A DNA stretch of 64,000 bases from Candidatus Methylomirabilota bacterium (lineage in GTDB: Bacteria; Methylomirabilota; Methylomirabilia; Rokubacteriales; CSP1-6). The stretch is taken from positions 33,737-97,736 of the forward strand of contig DASTFB010000132.1 of assembly GCA_035709005.1 (NCBI GenBank). Direction: 5' to 3'. The notes beneath the pieces were generated by a model, which was given only the letters and a program-made list of their open reading frames with translations, did not search any database and had not been told where the DNA came from. The first letter of the stretch is position 1. Every line of letters starts with the position of its first letter. This document shows, in pieces, positions 47,467-57,879 of this stretch. The translations under genes were made by a program, and so were the position numbers.

Positions 47467-48450
47467 CTAGGCGCCGAGCGTCGTGAAGTAGCCCGGCGGA
47501 TAGCGCTCGCCGGCGACGGCACCGGGGCGAAACACCTCGCTCAGCTGCTCCAGCTCTTCGGGACTGAGCGCCACGTCGACCGCCGCGGCGTTGGCCTCGA
47601 CGTAACGCCGCTGCTTGGTGCCGGGAATCGGCACGACGTCGTCCCCGCGGCTCAGCAGCCAGGCCAGCGCGACCTGTGCCGCGGTGAGATCGTGGGCGGC
47701 GCCGATCCGCTCCAGCGCGTGCACGAGCTCCAGATTGCGCTCCAGGTTCCGGGGATGGAATCGGGGATGGATCCGGCGCCGGTCGTGCGGCGCGATGTCG
47801 TCCAGCCTGCGGATGTTGCCGGTGAGCAGCCCGCGGCCGAGCGGCGAGTAGGCCACGAACCCGGTTCCGAGCCGGCGGCAGGCGGGCAGGATTTCAGCTT
47901 CCACGTGGCGGGCCCACAACGAGTACTCGGTCTGCAGGGCGGCGATGGGGTGGATCCGGTTCGCGCGCTCGAGGGACTTCGGGCCGGCCTCCGACAAGCC
48001 GAGATACCGGACCTTGCCCGCGCGCACGAGCTGCGCCATGGCGCCAACAGTGTCCTCGATCGGCACGTCAGGGTCGATGCGGTGCAGGTAGTAGAGATCG
48101 ATGATGTCGACGCCGAGCCGCCGAAGGCTGGCCTCGCACGCCCGTGGCACGTAGTCCGGCCGTCCGTTGTAGCCCTTCTTCCCGCCCGGCAGATCGAGGT
48201 TGCCGAACTTCGAGGCGAGGACGACCTCGTGGCGGCGGCCCTGAATGGCCTGCCCGATGAGCTGCTCGTGCCGCCCCCCGGAATAGGCGTCCGAGGTGTC
48301 GAAAAAGTTGACACCCAGATCGAGGGCCCGCCGCATCGTCGCGATCTGCTCGGCGTCGTCCCGTTCCCCGAAGCTCGTGGTGGCGCTGCCGGGACCCAAT
48401 CCGATCGCCGAGACCACCAACCCGCCCCGGCCCAGGGCCCGCGTCTTCAT
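47467..48450 (-). CDS. Aldo/keto reductase
   Basis: 327 aa (DTSDAYSGG..; LASKFG). Confidence 0.9.
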   Translation of the reverse strand: MKTRALGRGGLVVSAIGLGPGSATTSFGERDDAEQIATMRRALDLGVNFFDTSDAYSGGRHEQLIGQAIQGRRHEVVLASKFGNLDLPGGKKGYNGRPDYVPRACEASLRRLGVDIIDLYYLHRIDPDVPIEDTVGAMAQLVRAGKVRYLGLSEAGPKSLERANRIHPIAALQTEYSLWARHVEAEILPACRRLGTGFVAYSPLGRGLLTGNIRRLDDIAPHDRRRIHPRFHPRNLERNLELVHALERIGAAHDLTAAQVALAWLLSRGDDVVPIPGTKQRRYVEANAAAVDVALSPEELEQLSEVFRPGAVAGERYPPGYFTTLGA

Positions 48451-48499
48451 CGTGGTCCTCCCTTCGCCGCCCAGCCTTTTCGGGCGGGAGCCTGCGCAG

Positions 48500-48529
48500 C
48501 ACGGCGGGGCAGTATACGCCTTGACGCCG
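48500..48529. promoter_or_regulatory. Conserved block, site 3 (CACGGCGGGGCAGTATACGCCTTGACGCCG), overlapping the -35 of TTGACG-N18-TACAAT
   Basis: It lies in the divergent region between the aldo/keto reductase gene and the first ACAD gene. Confidence 0.5.
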
Positions 48530-48548
48530 AGAGCCCGGCCTCCCTACA

Positions 48549-49787
48549 ATGAACCATCGTTCAGTCCCCGGATCCCCTCAGGAGGGCGACTTGGATCTCA
48601 CGCTGAATTCGGAGCAGGAGGCGTTCCGCACCCGCGTCCGAGCATGGCTCAAGGCGAACATCCCCGCCGAGTGGCAGTCGCGCCTGGCGGCCAGCGCCGA
48701 CGTCCCGCGCCCCGAGGCATACGACCTGCTGCGTGGCTGGCAACGCCGGCTGTACGAGGCCGGGTTCATCGGGCTGACCTGGCCCAAGGAGTACGGGGGG
48801 CAGGGCCTGACCTTTCTCGAGGAGATGATCCTGCACCAGGAGATGGCGCTGGCCAAGGCGCCGCCGATTCTCAACATCCTCGGGGTCGGCATGGCTGGCC
48901 CCACGATCTTCGCGTACGGGACCGAGGCCCAGAAACAGCGCTACCCGGCGAAGATCCTGTCCTGCGAGGAAATCTGGTGTCAGGGCTATTCCGAGCCCAA
49001 TGCGGGCTCGGACCTGGCGTCGCTGCAGACGCGGGCCGTCAAGGACGGGGAGTACTGGGTGATCAACGGGCAGAAGGTGTGGACCTCGCTCGCCCACGTC
49101 GCCGACTGGATGATGCTCCTGGCCCGCACCGATCCTGACGCGCCCAGGCACAAGGGCATCACGTACTTCCTGCTCGACATGCACGCGCCCGGCGTGACGG
49201 TGCGCCCGCTCCGCCAGATCACCGGCGATCCCGAGTTCAACGAGGTCTTCTTCGACAACGTCCGCGTCCACGAGTCCCAGATCCTGGGCGGGCTGAACAA
49301 CGGCTGGACGGTGGGGCTCACCACGCTGATGTACGAGCGCCTGGCCCTGGGCTTCGGCCTGCAGGTACGCCTGCGCATCGCGCTCGACGGCCTGGTCGAG
49401 CTGGCCCGGCGCATGGAGAAGGATGGCCGTGTCATCACCAAGGATCCCGTGATGCGGCAGAAGATCGCCCAGGTGTGGATCGAGACCGAATGCTTGAAGT
49501 ACACGGGCGCCCGGGCCATCACCCGCCTGCTGCGCGGTGAGATCCCGGGACCGGAAGCCTCGACCGGCAAGATGATCTGGGTCGAGACCCACCAGCGGCT
49601 GCAAGACCTGGCCATGGAGATCCAGGGGCCCTACGGTCAGCTCGCTCGCGGCTCGGACTGGTCGGTCGAGGGCGGGCTCTGGCAGTATACGTTCCTCCGC
49701 TCGCGCGCGAACTCCATCGAGGGCGGCACGACGGAGGTGCAGAAGAACATCATCGGCGAGCGGCTCCTGGGCCTGCCCAAGGGTTAA
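48549..49787 (+). CDS. Acyl-CoA dehydrogenase family protein
   Basis: 412 aa with ACAD N-terminal, middle and C-terminal domains. The start may instead be a TTG at about 48591 behind GGAGGG. Confidence 0.85.
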   Translation: MNHRSVPGSPQEGDLDLTLNSEQEAFRTRVRAWLKANIPAEWQSRLAASADVPRPEAYDLLRGWQRRLYEAGFIGLTWPKEYGGQGLTFLEEMILHQEMALAKAPPILNILGVGMAGPTIFAYGTEAQKQRYPAKILSCEEIWCQGYSEPNAGSDLASLQTRAVKDGEYWVINGQKVWTSLAHVADWMMLLARTDPDAPRHKGITYFLLDMHAPGVTVRPLRQITGDPEFNEVFFDNVRVHESQILGGLNNGWTVGLTTLMYERLALGFGLQVRLRIALDGLVELARRMEKDGRVITKDPVMRQKIAQVWIETECLKYTGARAITRLLRGEIPGPEASTGKMIWVETHQRLQDLAMEIQGPYGQLARGSDWSVEGGLWQYTFLRSRANSIEGGTTEVQKNIIGERLLGLPKG

Positions 49788-49819
49788 CGGGCTCGTCGGC
49801 GCCATCGCGGGGAGAGGGC

Positions 49820-50959
49820 ATGAATTTCGGGTTCAGCGACGAGCAGGAGCTGCTCCGGGCCACCGCTCGCAAGTTCCTCGAGAACGAGTGCACCTCGGCC
49901 TTCGTGCGCAAGCGCATGGAGGAGGCGGCGGGGACCACTGACGACTTCTGGTCCAAGCTGGCCGAGCAGGGGTGGCTGGGGCTCGTCTATCCCGAGCAGT
50001 ACGGCGGCAGCGGGCTGGGCTTCGTGGATCTCACGGTGCTGATGGAGGAGATGGGGCGGGTCGTGATGCCGGGGCCGTATCTGTCCACGGTGCTCCTCGG
50101 GGGGTTGACCATCCTGGAATCGGGCTCGGCCGAGCAGAAGGCGGCCTGGCTCCCCCGAATCGCCGCAGGTCAGGCCAAGGCGGCGCTGGCCTGGACCGAG
50201 CCCAACGCCCGCTGGGACGCCGCCGGAGTCACCGTAGCGGCCAAGCCGCTCGGCGACGAGTGGGTGTTGAACGGCACCAAGCTCTTCGTGCTCGACGCCC
50301 ACCTGGCCGACGTTCTGGTCGTCGTCGCCCGCACGGCCGACGGCAAGCAGCCCGAGCACGGGGTGAGCCTTTTCCTGGTGCCGAAGGGGACGGCGGGGCT
50401 GGAGGTGAAGCTGCTGCCGACCATGGACCAGACCCGAAAGCTGTGCGAGGTGACGTTTCGCGACGTGCGGGTGCCCGGCGCCGCGCTCCTCGGCTCGCGC
50501 GACGCGGGCTGGAGCCCGCTCAGTCGCGTCATCGACCGGGCCACGGTGGCGCTGTGCGCCGAGATGTGCGGCGGCGCCCAACGGGTGCTGGACATGACCG
50601 TGGACTATGCGAAAGTCCGGGTCGCCTTCGGGCGTCCGATCGGCTCGTACCAGGGGGTGAAACACAAGGCCGCCGACATGCTGGTCGATGTCGAGAACGC
50701 CAAGTCGCTCACCTACTACGCGGCCTGGGCGGTGGACGAGAACGTGCCCGAAGCCCCGCTGGCGGCCTCGATGGCCAAGGCCTACTGCTCGGACGCCTTC
50801 CGGAAGGCGGCCGGCACCGGCATCCAGCTGCACGGCGGCATCGGCTTCACCTGGGAGCACGACCTGCACCTCTATTTCAAGCGGGCGAAGTCCTCCGAGT
50901 TCGCCTTCGGGGACGCCACGTACCACAGGGAGCGGGTCGCGCAGCTGATCAACCTGTAG
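49820..50959 (+). CDS. Acyl-CoA dehydrogenase family protein (second, tandem)
   Basis: 379 aa starting MNFGFSDEQELLR.. Confidence 0.85.
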   Translation: MNFGFSDEQELLRATARKFLENECTSAFVRKRMEEAAGTTDDFWSKLAEQGWLGLVYPEQYGGSGLGFVDLTVLMEEMGRVVMPGPYLSTVLLGGLTILESGSAEQKAAWLPRIAAGQAKAALAWTEPNARWDAAGVTVAAKPLGDEWVLNGTKLFVLDAHLADVLVVVARTADGKQPEHGVSLFLVPKGTAGLEVKLLPTMDQTRKLCEVTFRDVRVPGAALLGSRDAGWSPLSRVIDRATVALCAEMCGGAQRVLDMTVDYAKVRVAFGRPIGSYQGVKHKAADMLVDVENAKSLTYYAAWAVDENVPEAPLAASMAKAYCSDAFRKAAGTGIQLHGGIGFTWEHDLHLYFKRAKSSEFAFGDATYHRERVAQLINL

Positions 50960-51019
50960 CGGATCGCGCCGCCCTCATGGCGTCCGCAACTTTTCTCGAC
51001 CGGTTCATGGTCGAGCTCC

Positions 51020-51325
51020 TTGCCGGAGCGCTGCTCGCGCCTCGTCGCCTGGTCACTTCCCGCCGCGGCCCAGCCGCCAGCGGGGCTGTCCCGCGTGGGA
51101 GTCATCGTGGCGATCGGCGGCCCGCCGGCCAACCGGCGGGTGGATGAGCTCAGACAGGGACTGGAGGAGTTGGGGTGGGTCGAGGGCCGGAATCTCGCGC
51201 TCGAGGTTCGCCACGCCGGGGGCAGCCGTGACCGCGAGGACCCTGGGCCGGTCGCTTCCCTCCACGCTGTTGATCCAGGCGACCCAGGTGCTCCAGTAGC
51301 CCTGCGCGAGCGCCCTGGGGGCTAG
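51020..51325 (+). pseudogene. Fragment of a PF04392-type ABC transporter substrate-binding protein gene
   Basis: Only about 70 N-terminal residues (..VGVIVAIGGPPANRRVDELRQGLEELGWVEGRNLALEVRHAGG..) match the family, which is normally around 330 aa. Confidence 0.35.
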
Positions 51326-51335
51326 AATCGACATC

Positions 51336-52148
51336 GTGAGCGCGCCCGTCGAGCCCAAACCCGCTGCGTCGGTGCTGCTCGTGCGAACGGCCGGCCCCGG
51401 TGTGGTCGAGCCGCTCGAGGTGTGGATGGTGAGGCGGCAGAAGGCCATGCGCTTCCTCGGCGGCTACTACGCGTTCCCCGGCGGCAAGGTCGATCCTGCC
51501 GACACCACGCCGGACGCTCTGGGCCGCTGCTACGGGTTGAGTGCCGCCGACGCCGCGCGGATCATCGACGCCGGCGAGCCGGCTCCGGACGTGCCGCCCC
51601 TCGCGTACTGGATGACGGCGGTCCGGGAGCTGCTGGAGGAGAGCGGCCTCTTTCTGGCCTGCGACCGGCACGGGCGTCCCATCGGTGCCGGCGAGCCGGC
51701 GGTGGCCGACAGCATCGACGATCTCCGCAAGGCGCTCATGGCCGGTGAGCAGTCGTTCGCCGCCCTGCTCGGCGGGCGGGGCTGGTACGCCGACCTGCGC
51801 CCCTTCCGGTATCTCTCGCACTTCGTCACGCCGACGGCGAGCCCGATCCGGTTCAGCGCGCGCTTCTTTCTCTGCGCCGTGCCGGCTGGACAGCGTCCGC
51901 GCCTGTACACCGAAGAGACGTCGGAGGGCTTCTGGATCATGCCGGGGGAGGGATACCGGCGGTTTCGGGCGGCGGAGATGGCGATGGCCGAGCCCGCCGA
52001 ATACGGGCTGGGCTATCTGGCCCAGTTCGAGTCCCTCGACCACCTGTGGGCGGCCCACGCCGACCACCGCGAGAAGTTCCACGGGATCATCGACCGGATC
52101 GACAGCTTCTGGAAGGACTTCGACTGGTCCCGGAGCCGACACCGCTAG
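51336..52148 (+). CDS. NUDIX hydrolase
   Basis: 270 aa with a Nudix-like box (AFPGGKVDPADTTPDALGRCYG..ELLEESG). Confidence 0.7.
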   Translation: MSAPVEPKPAASVLLVRTAGPGVVEPLEVWMVRRQKAMRFLGGYYAFPGGKVDPADTTPDALGRCYGLSAADAARIIDAGEPAPDVPPLAYWMTAVRELLEESGLFLACDRHGRPIGAGEPAVADSIDDLRKALMAGEQSFAALLGGRGWYADLRPFRYLSHFVTPTASPIRFSARFFLCAVPAGQRPRLYTEETSEGFWIMPGEGYRRFRAAEMAMAEPAEYGLGYLAQFESLDHLWAAHADHREKFHGIIDRIDSFWKDFDWSRSRHR

Positions 52149-52245
52149 CGGCCGGGCCCGAGCCTGGACGGCGCCGGGGCCCTTTGCTACACTCCGCGGC
52201 GGCCTCCGCACTCCAACTGGGACAGACAGGAGGTACTGCCGTGGT

Positions 52246-53419
52246 CATGGTCCTCCGTAGCCTCATCGTCGGGCTGTTCACCGCCGCCCTGGCCGTCACC
52301 CCCGTCGCCGCCGCCGAGACCGTGAAGATCGGGTTCATCACGTCGCTGTCGGGCCCGGCCGGGATCATCGGCAAGCACATGAAGGATTCGGTGGAGCTGG
52401 CCCTGGACCACCTCGGCCGCAAGGTCGGTGGGCTGGAGACCGAGGTGATCTATGGGGACGATCAACGCAAGCCCGACGTGGGCAAGCAGCTCGCCGACGA
52501 GATGCTCAAGAAGCACCGGGTACACTTCGTCAGCGGGATCATCTGGTCGAACGTCATGCTGGCTGTCGCGCCCACCGTCACGCAGGCCGGGACGTTCATG
52601 ATCGGCACCAACGCCGGCCCCCACCAGCTGGCCGGCAAGATGTGTCACGAGCTGTTCTTCACGACGTCCTGGCAGAACGACCAGACGCCGGAGGCCATGG
52701 GCAAGTACATGTCGGACCAGAAGCTCACCGACGTCTACGCCATGGCCCCCAACTACGCCGCCGGCAAGGACATGATCGCGGGCTTCAAGCGCTATTTCAA
52801 AGGCCGGATCCTCGAGGAGGTCTACACCAAGCTCGGCCAGCAGGACTATCAGGCCGAGATCAGCCAGATCCGGGCCAGGAACCCCAAGGCCGTGTTCGTG
52901 TTCTATCCGGGCGACATGGGCATCCAGTTCGTGAAGCAGTACGTCCAGGCCGGACTGCGCGAGCAGACCCCCCTCTACTCCGTGTACACGATCGACGAGG
53001 TGACGCTGCCGGCCCTGAAGGACGTCGCCCTGGGCATCTTCGAGACGCGATACTGGAGCCCGGACCTCAAGAACGAGGCGAATCAGAAGTACATCAGCGA
53101 CTTTCGCAAGAAGTTCGGTTACACCCCCTCGTTCTATGGCGCCCAGAGCTACGACGGCATCATGCTGATCGACGCTGCGGTGCGGGCGGTCAAGGGGGAC
53201 CTGGCCGACAAGAAGGGGATGATCGCGGCCATGCGGAAGGCCGACTACCGGTCGACCCGCGGCGCCTACACGTACAATGTGAACCACTTCCCGGTTCAGA
53301 ACTTCTACCTGCTCAAGACCGTCAAGGGGGCGGGCGGGGCGGCCGAGATGCAGATCCAGAAGGCCGTCTTCGAGAAACACAAGGATTCCTACTACAAGGA
53401 ATGCGGGATGAAGTGGTAG
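52246..53419 (+). CDS. livK: Branched-chain amino acid ABC transporter substrate-binding protein
   Basis: Signal peptide followed by a LivK/LivJ-like fold. AGGAGG lies upstream; the start may be a GTG at 52241. Confidence 0.85.
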
Positions 53420-53488
53420 TTCCCCGCCAGTGGTGAAGCAGGGGCGCGGGACCACCACCGCGCCTCTGTTCTTTATGCGGATGCGCCG

Positions 53489-54412
53489 ATGACCTTGCTG
53501 CTGGTGCTGGAGCAGGCGCTGAACGGCTTGCAGTACGGCGTGACGCTCTTCCTCATGGCCGCCGGCCTCACCCTCGTGTTCGGCATCATGAACCTGGTCA
53601 ACCTGGCCCACGGCTCCCTGTACATGGTGGGGGCTTATCTGGCCACGACCTTCTACCAGTGGACCGGCTCCTTCCTGGCCGGCGTGGCGCTGGCCCTGGC
53701 CGCCACGCTCGGGCTGGGCATCCTGCTGGAGATCGTCGCGCTGCGCACGCTCTACGAGCGCGACCACCTGGACCAGGTGCTGGCCACCTTCGGGCTCATC
53801 CTGTTCTTCAACGAGCTGGTGGCCATCCTGTGGGGGCGCGCGGCCCTCTACACGAGTCTGCCCGCCTGGCTCGGTGGTCACGTGCCGGTACTTCCGGGTG
53901 TGCGCTATCCCGTCTACCGCGCCGTGGTGATCGTGGTGGGGCTGGCGGTAGCCGTGCTGCTCTGGGGACTCGTGGCGCGCACGCGCCTGGGCATGCTCAT
54001 TCGGGCCGGCGCCAGCAATCGGACCATGGTGGCCGCGCTCGGCGTCAACATCCGGCTGCTCTACACGCTGGTCTTCGGCCTGGGCGCAGCCCTGGCCGGT
54101 CTGGCCGGGCTCATGGCCGGTCCCATCTACGCCGTCCAGCCCGGGATGGGCGAGCAGATCCTCATCCAGGTCTTCGTGGTCATCGTCATCGGCGGCATCG
54201 GCTCGATCCGCGGCGCCCTGGTGGCCGCGATCATCGTGGGAATGGTGGACACACTCGGCCGAGCCTTCTTGAAGCCGACCCTGGCCACGTTCCTGTCACC
54301 GAGCGCCGCTGACAGCGCGGGCCCGGCGCTGGCCTCCATGCTCATCTACCTCTTGATGGCTGTCGTGCTTCTCTTCCGGCCGCAAGGGCTGTTCCCGGTG
54401 CGCGCCCGGTAG
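53489..54412 (+). CDS. livH: Branched-chain amino acid ABC transporter permease
   Basis: 307-aa polytopic protein, LivH family. Confidence 0.85.
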   Translation: MTLLLVLEQALNGLQYGVTLFLMAAGLTLVFGIMNLVNLAHGSLYMVGAYLATTFYQWTGSFLAGVALALAATLGLGILLEIVALRTLYERDHLDQVLATFGLILFFNELVAILWGRAALYTSLPAWLGGHVPVLPGVRYPVYRAVVIVVGLAVAVLLWGLVARTRLGMLIRAGASNRTMVAALGVNIRLLYTLVFGLGAALAGLAGLMAGPIYAVQPGMGEQILIQVFVVIVIGGIGSIRGALVAAIIVGMVDTLGRAFLKPTLATFLSPSAADSAGPALASMLIYLLMAVVLLFRPQGLFPVRAR

Positions 54413-54414
54413 CG

Positions 54415-55359
54415 ATGGCGCTCTCGCCTCGCACGCTGGCCGTGAGCGCGTGTGTCATCGCCCTCGGCCTGGTCCCGCTCGCCGCCGCCGTCCTGGACGA
54501 GCCGTTCTATATCGATCTCTTCCGCCGGATCATGATCTTCGCCATCGCCGCGTTGAGCCTGGATCTCGTCCTCGGCTACGGGGGCATGGTCTCCTTCGGC
54601 CACGCCGCCTACCTGGGGGTGGGGGCGTACGCCGTGGGCGTCCTCGCCTATCACGGCGTGGACAACGGCTACCTCCAATGGGCCGTGGCCATCCTGGCCT
54701 CCGCGCTGATCGCCCTGGTGATCGGCGCTGTGTCCATCCGGACGAGCGGCGTGTACTTCATCATGATCACCCTGGCCTTCACCCAGATGCTCTACTACCT
54801 GGGCATCAGCATCGAAGAGTACGGGGGCGACGACGGCATGCGGCTGGCCACGCTCAGCCAGTTCGCCGGGGTCATCGATCTCGGCGACGCCACCGCTTTC
54901 TACTACCTGGTCCTCGGCATCCTGGCGCTGTTCCTGCTGCTGGGCCACCGCATCGTGAACGCGCGGTTCGGGATGGTGATCCGCGCGGCCCGCTCCAACG
55001 AGGGCCGCGCGCTGGCCATCGGGTTTTCGCCGTATCGCTACAAGCTGGCGGCCTTCGTCATCGCGGGGGCGATGGGCGGCGTGGCCGGCGCCCTGCTCGT
55101 CAACCACACCGCGTATCTGACTCCGGAGTTCATGCACTGGACGCGCTCGGGCGAGATCATGTTCATGGTGATCCTGGGCGGCATGGGTACGTTGATCGGG
55201 CCCGTCGTGGGCGCCCTGGTGCTGCTCCTGCTCGAGGACATGCTGTCGGCGTGGACCGTGCACTGGCAGATCATCCTGGGCCCGTTCCTGGTGCTGGTCG
55301 TATTGTTCGCCAAGCGAGGTCTGGTCGGCCTGCTGCCCGATGGGGCCGGGCGTGGCTGA
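54415..55359 (+). CDS. livM: Branched-chain amino acid ABC transporter permease
   Basis: 314 aa, LivM family. Confidence 0.85.
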   Translation: MALSPRTLAVSACVIALGLVPLAAAVLDEPFYIDLFRRIMIFAIAALSLDLVLGYGGMVSFGHAAYLGVGAYAVGVLAYHGVDNGYLQWAVAILASALIALVIGAVSIRTSGVYFIMITLAFTQMLYYLGISIEEYGGDDGMRLATLSQFAGVIDLGDATAFYYLVLGILALFLLLGHRIVNARFGMVIRAARSNEGRALAIGFSPYRYKLAAFVIAGAMGGVAGALLVNHTAYLTPEFMHWTRSGEIMFMVILGGMGTLIGPVVGALVLLLLEDMLSAWTVHWQIILGPFLVLVVLFAKRGLVGLLPDGAGRG

Positions 55360-56107
55360 GCCGCTGCTCGAGATCCGGGGCGTCATCAAGAGCTTCGGCG
55401 GGCTCATCGCGACCAACCGGGTCGACCTCGACGTGACGGAGGGGGAGACCCACGCCCTCATCGGGCCCAACGGCGCTGGCAAGACCACCCTCATCGGGCA
55501 GCTGACGGGCGAGATCGCGCCCGATGCCGGGCGGATCCGGTTCGCCGGGGAAGACGTGACCGCCCTGTCCACGCCGGCGCGCTCGCTCCGCGGCCTGGCC
55601 CGGTCGTTTCAGGTGACGAGCATCTTTCGCGACTTCACGGCGCTGGGCAATGTCGCCCTCGCCGTGCAAGCCCATGCCGGCTCCAGCTTTCGTTTCTGGC
55701 GGCCGGTCCACAGTGATCCCGGGCTGCGGGTCCCGGCGCTCGACATCTTGCGCTCGGTGGGCCTGGTCCAACGGGCCGACGTGATCGCCGCTGCCCTGGC
55801 CCACGGCGAGCAGCGGCAGCTCGAGATCGCCATGGCCCTGGCGACCCGACCGCGGCTGCTCCTGCTCGACGAGCCGATGGCCGGGATGGGTCCCGAGGAA
55901 TCGCAGCGCATGATCGCATTCCTCCGCGGCCTCAAAGGCCGCTACACCATGCTGCTGGTGGAGCACGACATGGACGCGGTGTTCGCGCTGGCCGATCGCA
56001 TCTCGGTGATGGTGTACGGCCGGCTCATCGCCTCGGGCTCACCGGAGGAGGTGCGCTCCAACTCGGACGTCCGTCAGGCCTACCTGGGCGCGGACGAAAG
56101 GCGATGA
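55340..56107 (+). CDS. livG: Branched-chain amino acid ABC transporter ATP-binding protein
   Basis: Walker A (GPNGAGKTT), signature and Walker B motifs. Confidence 0.9.
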   Translation: MGPGVAEPLLEIRGVIKSFGGLIATNRVDLDVTEGETHALIGPNGAGKTTLIGQLTGEIAPDAGRIRFAGEDVTALSTPARSLRGLARSFQVTSIFRDFTALGNVALAVQAHAGSSFRFWRPVHSDPGLRVPALDILRSVGLVQRADVIAAALAHGEQRQLEIAMALATRPRLLLLDEPMAGMGPEESQRMIAFLRGLKGRYTMLLVEHDMDAVFALADRISVMVYGRLIASGSPEEVRSNSDVRQAYLGADERR

Positions 56108-56808
56108 TGCTGGCGGTCACGGGGCTGCAAGCCGGCTACGGCACCTTCCAGGTGCTCTTCGGCGTCAACCTGGAGGTCAGGGCTGGCGAGGTGGTGACGC
56201 TGCTCGGCCGCAACGGCATGGGGAAGAGCACCACGATCCGGGCGATCATGGGACTGCTGCCGGTCCGGGCGGGCGAGGTGCGCTTTCTGGGCCAGGACAT
56301 TCACCGGCTGCCGTCGTATCGGGTGGCCCAGGCCGGCGTTGGTCTGGTGCCCGAGGGGCGCCAGATATTTCCCAACCTCACGGTGAGGGAGAATCTGATC
56401 TCCACGGCGGCCAACCGTCAGCACCAGCCGGATCCCTGGACGCTCGAGAAAGTCTTCGATCTGTTCCCGCATCTGGCCGGGCGTACCCGGATCATGGCCG
56501 GGGCGCTGTCCGGGGGCGAGCAGCAGATGCTGGCCATCGGCCGTGCGCTCATGACGAACCCGCGTCTGCTGATCCTCGACGAAGCCACCGAGGGCCTCGC
56601 CCCGCTGGTGCGGGTCGAGATCTGGCGGTGCATCGAACGCCTGAAGGCCGCCGGCCAGTCGATCCTGCTCGTCGACAAGAACGTGCGGGTGCTGACGCGT
56701 GTGGCCGACACGCACTACATCATCGAGAAGGGCCGCATCGTGTGGTCGGGACCGTCGGCGGAGCTGGCGGCCCGGGAAGATCTCCAGCGCCGCTATCTCG
56801 GCGTGTAG
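56104..56808 (+). CDS. livF: Branched-chain amino acid ABC transporter ATP-binding protein
   Basis: Walker A (GRNGMGKST) and LSGGEQQ. Confidence 0.9.
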   Translation: MMLAVTGLQAGYGTFQVLFGVNLEVRAGEVVTLLGRNGMGKSTTIRAIMGLLPVRAGEVRFLGQDIHRLPSYRVAQAGVGLVPEGRQIFPNLTVRENLISTAANRQHQPDPWTLEKVFDLFPHLAGRTRIMAGALSGGEQQMLAIGRALMTNPRLLILDEATEGLAPLVRVEIWRCIERLKAAGQSILLVDKNVRVLTRVADTHYIIEKGRIVWSGPSAELAAREDLQRRYLGV

Positions 56809-56888
56809 GATCGGAGGGCTCGGCACCCCTCTGGAGCGTCCCCCAGGAAGGAGTTGCGCAAGCGCAGCCCGCGCCCGAAACTCGACGG

Positions 56889-57740
56889 GTGCCCTGGATC
56901 GATCCGAGGTTCCCGAAGACAGCTACACCGAGCGACCTGGTCGGCCGCGTGCTGGGCCTCAACCCCGGGCTGATGACCGGGCCGGGCACCAACACGTACC
57001 TGGTGGGCCGGCGCGATCCCATCCTCATCGATACCGGCAGCGGCGTCCCCGAGTACGTGCCCCTGCTCGAGGGCTACCTGCGCGAGCGGGGCTGGCGACA
57101 GCCCGACCGGGTGGTGCTGACCCACCGGCACCCGGACCATCTCGGCGGCGTCGGCGCCTTGCGCGAGCGCTTCCCCGGCCTGCCGGTCGCAAAGATGCGC
57201 CACCGGGATGCCGTCCTCCCCGAGCCCGTCGACGACCTCCGTGATGGCGCCGTCATCGAGACCGACGGCGTGACGCTGGTCGCCGTCCACACCCCCGGCC
57301 ACGCCTCCGACCATCTCTGCTACTTCCTGGTCGAGGAGCGGGCGGTCTTCACGGGGGACGTGGTCCTGGGGGGCTCGACGACGGTGATCCCGCCGGGCGA
57401 CGGCGACCTGCTCGATTATCTGGCCTCGCTGCGCCGGCTCCAGGCCCTGGGGGTCGGGCGCATCTACCCGGCCCACGGACCGGTCATCGAGGATGGCCCG
57501 GGTCGCCTGGCCGAGTACATCGAGCACCGGCTCCTGCGCGAGCGCCAGATCCTGGAAGCGCTCGGCGACGGGCCGGCCACGATTCCCGCGCTGGTGAAGC
57601 GGATCTACGTCGACGTGCCGGTGGCGCTCCACGGGGCCGCCGCCATGTCCGTAGAGGCCCACCTGCGCAAGCTGGCCCGCGAGGGTCGCGCGCGCGAGCA
57701 CCGGGCCCCCGACGCGCCGTCCCGCTGGGAATCGATGTGA
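56889..57740 (+). CDS. MBL-fold metallo-hydrolase
   Basis: HxHxDH motif (THRHPDHLGG). GTG start assumed. Confidence 0.7.
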   Translation: MPWIDPRFPKTATPSDLVGRVLGLNPGLMTGPGTNTYLVGRRDPILIDTGSGVPEYVPLLEGYLRERGWRQPDRVVLTHRHPDHLGGVGALRERFPGLPVAKMRHRDAVLPEPVDDLRDGAVIETDGVTLVAVHTPGHASDHLCYFLVEERAVFTGDVVLGGSTTVIPPGDGDLLDYLASLRRLQALGVGRIYPAHGPVIEDGPGRLAEYIEHRLLRERQILEALGDGPATIPALVKRIYVDVPVALHGAAAMSVEAHLRKLAREGRAREHRAPDAPSRWESM

Positions 57741-57879
57741 ACAGGACACGGGCACCCGGGCTTGATCTCGGCTCATTTCACCGCTCGCCTCGCGCCTCGG
57801 CGGCACTCGGCTCGCACTGCGGCCCGTGCCCCGCGCAATCGCGGTCGGCGCTTCTTCTTGGACCCGATCAGGAGGTGAG

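Noticed and set aside
57741-57879. Several short GC palindromes between the convergent MBL-fold and encapsulin genes
   Set aside because: Stems of 5 bp or fewer with long loops. There is not enough evidence to call terminators.
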